From assembly GCA_046756865.1 (NCBI GenBank), contig JBHHXE010000001.1, forward strand, positions 288-64,287: DNA of 64,000 bases. Direction: 5' to 3'. Below, in pieces: positions 59,310-64,000 of the stretch. The stretch is from Nitrospiria bacterium. Its GTDB lineage: Bacteria; Nitrospirota; Nitrospiria; SBBL01; JAADHI01. Under the pieces are notes generated by a model, which searched no databases, was not told the origin of the DNA, and saw only the letters and a program-made list of their open reading frames with translations. The translations under genes were made by a program, and so were the position numbers. Each line of letters starts with the position of its first letter. The first letter of the stretch is position 1.

Positions 59310-60302
59310 TCAGGGCATCCATAGATAAAGAAATTCCGGGGACTCCCCTTTCAGGGGGTGTGCGGCCTGAATTCCAAAAATGGACAGGGAGGGCTTCAAA
59401 CCTAATAAATGATTCGAGTAGATATTGTCCTTGTACTCCTCGGGACGGCGATACAAGATGACCTTGGCCTCATCAATGCCAGCTTCCGATTTGGCCAGTT
59501 CAAGCGCCTCATCAAGATAAGCGATCCGGTCAATCAGGCCAAATTTTCTAGCATCATCCGCCGTATAAATCCGCCCATCAGCCAGAGTCCGGATCTCATT
59601 AAGACTGAGGCCGGGCCTCCCGGTCGAGATAACCTTGAGAAATCGTTCCTGCATACTGTCAATGACGCCCTGCAATATCCTGCGCCCTCCGGGAGAGAGC
59701 GGCTTTACCGGAGAACCAAGATCCTTATTCTCCCCTGACTTGATCGGCTCGGCGCCAACGCCGATCTTTTCCATGAGGCCCGCTACATTCACATGGACCA
59801 GTATGACACCGATGCTCCCGGTAATCGCAGTTGGATTCGCAACAACCTGGTCTGCCGCCATGGCAATATAGTAGGCGCCCGATGCCCCGACACTTCCGAT
59901 GGATGCGATCACTTTATTTCCTGATTTTTCCTTATAGCGGAGAAGTTCATGGTAAATAATGTCCGAACCGGTGATGGTCCCGCCGGGGCTGTTGATCCGC
60001 AGCACAAGGGCCTTGACCGCTTTATCATTTGCGGCTCGCCGAAGCGTTTCTTTTATCCGTGCAACCATACTGGGCTTTTCGACCAGGCCCTTCCCGGCTT
60101 GTGCGGAGATAAAGCCTGAGATGTCAATCAGGAGGACTTTGTTTTCTCCCTTTCCCTCAATAACCTTTTCCTGAAGCGGTGCGGGGGTGGGAAAAAGCGA
60201 CATTGAAATCTTATTAAAACATCCAGACATCATCAGGAAAAACAGCAGAAAACCGGCGACCTTTATTCCCATGCGTATATTCTGCCTCGCTTGCTTTTCC
60301 AT
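59310..60302 (-). CDS. sppA: Signal peptide peptidase SppA (36K type, S49)
   Basis: 330 aa with an N-terminal anchor, INSPGG and AASGAYYIA-like GASGAYYIAMAAD, plus TGSIGV (nucleophile Ser). The ATG overlaps the carA TAA (TAATG). Confidence 0.88.
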   Translation of the reverse strand: MEKQARQNIRMGIKVAGFLLFFLMMSGCFNKISMSLFPTPAPLQEKVIEGKGENKVLLIDISGFISAQAGKGLVEKPSMVARIKETLRRAANDKAVKALVLRINSPGGTITGSDIIYHELLRYKEKSGNKVIASIGSVGASGAYYIAMAADQVVANPTAITGSIGVILVHVNVAGLMEKIGVGAEPIKSGENKDLGSPVKPLSPGGRRILQGVIDSMQERFLKVISTGRPGLSLNEIRTLADGRIYTADDARKFGLIDRIAYLDEALELAKSEAGIDEAKVILYRRPEEYKDNIYSNHLLGLKPSLSIFGIQAAHPLKGESPEFLYLWMP

Positions 60303-61420
60303 TATCGTTCCCCGCTTGATAAAGACCGAACAAATTCATCAAAAAGATAGGCTGCATCGTGTGGCCCGGGCGAGGCCTCCGGATGGTACTGAACGGAAAA
60401 GGCCGCAAGACTTCGGTGCCGCATGCCCTCAACCGTGTCATCGTTCAGGTTTCGGTGCGTCACTTCCACCTCTTCCCCGGCCCCCGAGAAATCAATCGCA
60501 AAGCCATGATTCTGGGCCGTGATCTCAACCTTGCTTGTTCTCAGGTCAATCACCGGCTGGTTCCCGCCGTGGTGTCCGAACTTTAATTTATAGGATCGGC
60601 CTCCAAGCGCAAGCCCGAGGAGTTGATGGCCGATACAGATGCCAAAAACAGGCTTTTTCCCCAGGAGTTTCTCAATCTCCCGGACCGCATAGCTGAGTGC
60701 GTCCGGATCTCCGGGACCGTTTGACAGGAGGATACCGTCCGGCGCCATCTCCAGGACCTGCTTCGCTGTAGTCCTTGCCGGCACAACCGTCACACGACAG
60801 CCTCTTCGGTTCAGGCTTCTCAGGATATTGCGTTTGATGCCAAAATCATAGGCGACGACATGGCGCTGAGGGGGAGCGAGCCTTTCTCCCGGCTTCCGAT
60901 GTGTCTGCTGCCCATCCCACTGATAAACCTCGGCACAACTGACCTCTTGCACAAGATCCCGTCCAACCAGGGGCGGGGCCGCCTTAAGTTTCTTCATTAA
61001 TCGATCTGTATTATTTTCCAAATTTGAAAGGACGCCCTGCATCGCCCCGCCCTTCCGGATTCGCCGTGTCAGCGCGCGCGTGTCAATCCCCTCAATGGCG
61101 ACAATCTTGTTCCGCTTTAGCAATACATCAAGCGCTTCCTCAGAACGCCAGTTGCTTGGAAAAGCGCTGTATTCTTTCACGATCAAGCCTTCGAGCCAGG
61201 GTTTTTCAGATTCGGCATCTTCGGCATTGACGCCGTAATTTCCAATCAGGGGGGTCGTCATTGTCACCAGTTGCCCCTTGTAGGAGGGATCGGTGATGAC
61301 CTCCTGGTAGCCGGTCATGCTGGTGTTGAACACCACTTCGCCGATGGACACTCCGTCTGCGCCAAAAGACCTTCCGCAATAGGATGTTCCGTCTTCCAGT
61401 AAGAGTATCGCCTGTTTCAT
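60302..61420 (-). CDS. carA: Carbamoyl-phosphate synthase small subunit
   Basis: 372 aa with LEDGT...[13 protein letters not shown], and a glutaminase domain carrying GICIGHQ and QYHPEA. Confidence 0.96.
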   Translation of the reverse strand: MKQAILLLEDGTSYCGRSFGADGVSIGEVVFNTSMTGYQEVITDPSYKGQLVTMTTPLIGNYGVNAEDAESEKPWLEGLIVKEYSAFPSNWRSEEALDVLLKRNKIVAIEGIDTRALTRRIRKGGAMQGVLSNLENNTDRLMKKLKAAPPLVGRDLVQEVSCAEVYQWDGQQTHRKPGERLAPPQRHVVAYDFGIKRNILRSLNRRGCRVTVVPARTTAKQVLEMAPDGILLSNGPGDPDALSYAVREIEKLLGKKPVFGICIGHQLLGLALGGRSYKLKFGHHGGNQPVIDLRTSKVEITAQNHGFAIDFSGAGEEVEVTHRNLNDDTVEGMRHRSLAAFSVQYHPEASPGPHDAAYLFDEFVRSLSSGER

Positions 61421-62733
61421 AACGCCTCGATGACTTTTCCCGCGACGATCACGGTTTTAGCCCGACCCTTCATGTTCCAACCGAGAAAAGGAGAATTTTT
61501 GCTCTTCGACTTGATATCATCTTCGGACACATGCCACTCCACGTCAGGATCAATGATGGTCACATCGGCAACATCGCCGATCCCGAGCTGACCAATCTTC
61601 TTCCCCAGGATACGGGCCGGTTGGCTTGTCATTTTTCCAATGAGTTCCGGCAGGGTCAAAATCCCCTCGTCCACAAGGTTCATAGAGAGGGAAAGCGCCG
61701 TTTCCAGGCCGATAATTCCGAAAGGTGCATGATCTATCGCCTGATTTTTCTCATCAGCGGCGTGCGGGGCATGATCTGTGGCAATGGCATCGAGCGTCCC
61801 ATCCGCCAGACCTGCCCGGACTTCATCCATATCCTGGCCCGTCGCAAGCGGTGGCTTCATCTTCGCGTTGGCATCGAAGCCCATCACCCGCTCATCGGTC
61901 AAAACAAGATAATGCGGGCAGGTTTCCGCCGTCACCGGAAGCCCCCGGCGTTTTGCCTCCCGAATCAGGCGAACCGACCCTGCGGTGCTGATATGTGCCA
62001 GATGAATGTGTCCTCCCGTAAGCTCGGCAAGGGCAATGTCCCGTGCCACCATGACGGTTTCGGAAGCGGCTGGAATCCCCTTTAAACCCAAAAAGGTTGA
62101 AACCGTGCCTTCAAAGATTACCCCGTCGCCCGTCAGGTTGAGATCTTCGCAATGGTCAATCACCGGCACATCAAAGATTTTGGCATATTCCATCGCGCGG
62201 CGCATGACCTCGCTGTTCATCACGGGAAGACCGTCATCAGAGACCGCGACACAGCCGGCGGCAACAAGTTCTCCCATCTCCGCCAGTTCTTTGCCCCTGG
62301 ATCCTTTGGTGATCGCCCCGATGGGCAAAACATGGACAATGCCCTCCGTCCTGGCCTTATCCAGGATCAATTCTGTCACGGACTGATTATCATTGACCGG
62401 ATTCGTGTTCGGCATACAGCAGACCGTCGTGAAGCCTCCCGCTGCAGCTGAAGCCGTCGCCGTTGCAACTGTTTCCTTGTATTCAAAGCCCGGCTCGCGC
62501 ACGTGTGTATGCAGATCAACCAGACCCGGAACAACCAGCATGCCTTTCGCGTTTATTTTATGAAAGCCCTCTTGCGGGCTCTTCGAGGCGGCGCTCCCCT
62601 CTTTTCCGGAGGAAGGAGAAATCTCACGAATAACCCCGTCGTCAATCAGAAGATCCCCGACCTTGTCTCTTCCATGTGCGGGATCAATGATTCTCCCGCC
62701 CTGAATCAGGATTTTTGTCGTTTGCTCAGGCAT
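61417..62733 (-). CDS. pyrC: Dihydroorotase (long, multifunctional-complex type)
   Basis: Contains [22 protein letters not shown] and TDHAPH. I prefer ATG 62733 ([21 protein letters not shown] overlap with the pyrB stop) over the ORF-track start at 62781. Confidence 0.93.
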   Translation of the reverse strand: MPEQTTKILIQGGRIIDPAHGRDKVGDLLIDDGVIREISPSSGKEGSAASKSPQEGFHKINAKGMLVVPGLVDLHTHVREPGFEYKETVATATASAAAGGFTTVCCMPNTNPVNDNQSVTELILDKARTEGIVHVLPIGAITKGSRGKELAEMGELVAAGCVAVSDDGLPVMNSEVMRRAMEYAKIFDVPVIDHCEDLNLTGDGVIFEGTVSTFLGLKGIPAASETVMVARDIALAELTGGHIHLAHISTAGSVRLIREAKRRGLPVTAETCPHYLVLTDERVMGFDANAKMKPPLATGQDMDEVRAGLADGTLDAIATDHAPHAADEKNQAIDHAPFGIIGLETALSLSMNLVDEGILTLPELIGKMTSQPARILGKKIGQLGIGDVADVTIIDPDVEWHVSEDDIKSKSKNSPFLGWNMKGRAKTVIVAGKVIEAL

Positions 62734-63658
62734 TTTTACCCCCTGCAAGAAGAAAGAGAAGCGCCATTCGAACTGCAACACCGTTTGTGACTTGCTCCAG
62801 GATCATGGAGGACAGGCCGTCGGCAACATCCGAGTTGACTTCAACCCCCCGGTTGATCGGACCCGGGTGCAAAACCAGGACTTCCTTATCCGCAAGGGAA
62901 AGCCGTGAACGGTTCAGGCCGTAAAGCTGCGCGTATTCCCGCAGCGTCGGAAAATATCCGCATCCCTGGCGTTCCAACTGGAGCCGAAGGAGGATGATGA
63001 CATCAGCCCCCTTGATCGCCTCATCCATGCAATAAGAGACCGATACGCCCCATTCATCGATACCTTTCGGAATCATTGTCGGCGGCGCAAGAAGTTGAAC
63101 CTCAGCCCCGAGCTTCTTTAAGCCCCGGATGTCGGAGTGGGCCACACGGCTGTGAAAGATGTCGCCAACGATAACAACCTTCAGTCCTTTGACCGCCCCT
63201 TTTTTCTCCTTGATCGTAAAGAGATCCAGGAGGGCCTGGCTTGGATGCTCATTTAAACCGTCTCCGGCATTTATAACGGACGATTTCATGGAACGGGCCA
63301 GTAAGGCGGGCACCCCGGAGGACGCATGGCGTACAACCATGATATCTGCCTGCATTGCCTCGATATTCCTGGCCGTATCCACCAGGGTTTCCCCTTTTAC
63401 CGTGCTGCTCGATGAGGCAGAAATATTGACAACATCGGCTGAAAGGCGCTTGCCCGCCAGCTCAAAGGACGTACGCGTTCGGGTACTGGGCTCAAAAAAG
63501 AGATTGACCACGGTTTTTCCCCGAAGAGCCGGGACTTTTTTGATCTCCCGCTGAGAGACCTCCTTGAAAGATTCAGCCGTTTGGAGGATGAGGTTGATTT
63601 CTTCCCTCTCCAACTCAGCAATCGACAGGATATCTTTCCGCTTCAATCCCATAAGCAT
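62726..63658 (-). CDS. pyrB: Aspartate carbamoyltransferase catalytic subunit
   Basis: 310 aa with [17 protein letters not shown] and HPGPINRG. Confidence 0.96.
   Translation of the reverse strand: MLMGLKRKDILSIAELEREEINLILQTAESFKEVSQREIKKVPALRGKTVVNLFFEPSTRTRTSFELAGKRLSADVVNISASSSSTVKGETLVDTARNIEAMQADIMVVRHASSGVPALLARSMKSSVINAGDGLNEHPSQALLDLFTIKEKKGAVKGLKVVIVGDIFHSRVAHSDIRGLKKLGAEVQLLAPPTMIPKGIDEWGVSVSYCMDEAIKGADVIILLRLQLERQGCGYFPTLREYAQLYGLNRSRLSLADKEVLVLHPGPINRGVEVNSDVADGLSSMILEQVTNGVAVRMALLFLLAGGKNA

Positions 63659-64000
<342 letters not shown>

Noticed and set aside
62020-62045. Minus-strand sigma54-like GCAA-N6-GTGCCA inside pyrC
   Set aside because: The spacer is 6 nt, not 5, and the site is in the middle of a coding region.

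Overview
The window is a gene-dense (~90% coding) chromosomal segment from a diderm (LPS-producing) bacterium. I cannot assign the taxon from sequence alone. All family calls rest on motifs read from the ORF translations; no searches were run.

Gene blocks, in order:
- **109-543 (-):** His-rich lipoprotein.
- **0.8-12.4 kb (+):** tightly packed biosynthetic array: argF-argG-argH, a small LptM-like lipoprotein, lysA, an unknown 141-aa ORF, dapF, dapA, dapB, a DapL-type aminotransferase, folK, a deoxynucleoside kinase and panC.
- **12.4-16.8 kb:** the only clearly accessory stretch. It holds a long leader, a Zn-ribbon/DUF898 membrane protein coupled to a membrane M48 protease, a possibly leaderless secreted CHAP amidase, an orphan secreted protein and 470 bp of non-coding DNA.
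- **16.8-22.4 kb:** rhodanese, moaD/moaE, a periplasmic HMA-like protein, lptF/lptG and an M32 carboxypeptidase.
- **22.6-35.4 kb (+):** DUF1844, tamB, a bamA-like Omp85, a TPR/HExxH protease, DUF4390, ntrY and ntrX.
- **35.4-38.9 kb (-):** csoR, a glycosyltransferase and copA, with a palindromic operator upstream.
- **39.1-40.5 kb (+):** tryptophanase/tyrosine phenol-lyase.
- **40.6-51 kb (+):** lepA, lepB, heptose kinase, kdsB, pyrG, kdsA, kdsD, kdsC, an lpxL-like gene, pgsA and plsY.
- **50.9-54.8 kb:** four poorly characterised envelope proteins.
- **54.8-64 kb (-):** pyrR (truncated by the window edge), pyrB, pyrC, carA, sppA, carB, greA and a DUF62 SAM hydrolase.

I found no rRNA, tRNA, CRISPR array, transposase or integrase.

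Best candidates for something undescribed:
- the DUF898/M48 module with its ~200-nt leader
- MoaD with a 25-aa tail past the Gly-Gly, in frame with moaE across a single TAG
- a glycosyltransferase embedded in the csoR-copA operon
- the DUF4388-TM-pseudopilin-like protein and its TPR/Zn-ribbon neighbour appended to the LPS/lipid operon
- a TPR/HExxH protease directly after tamB-bamA
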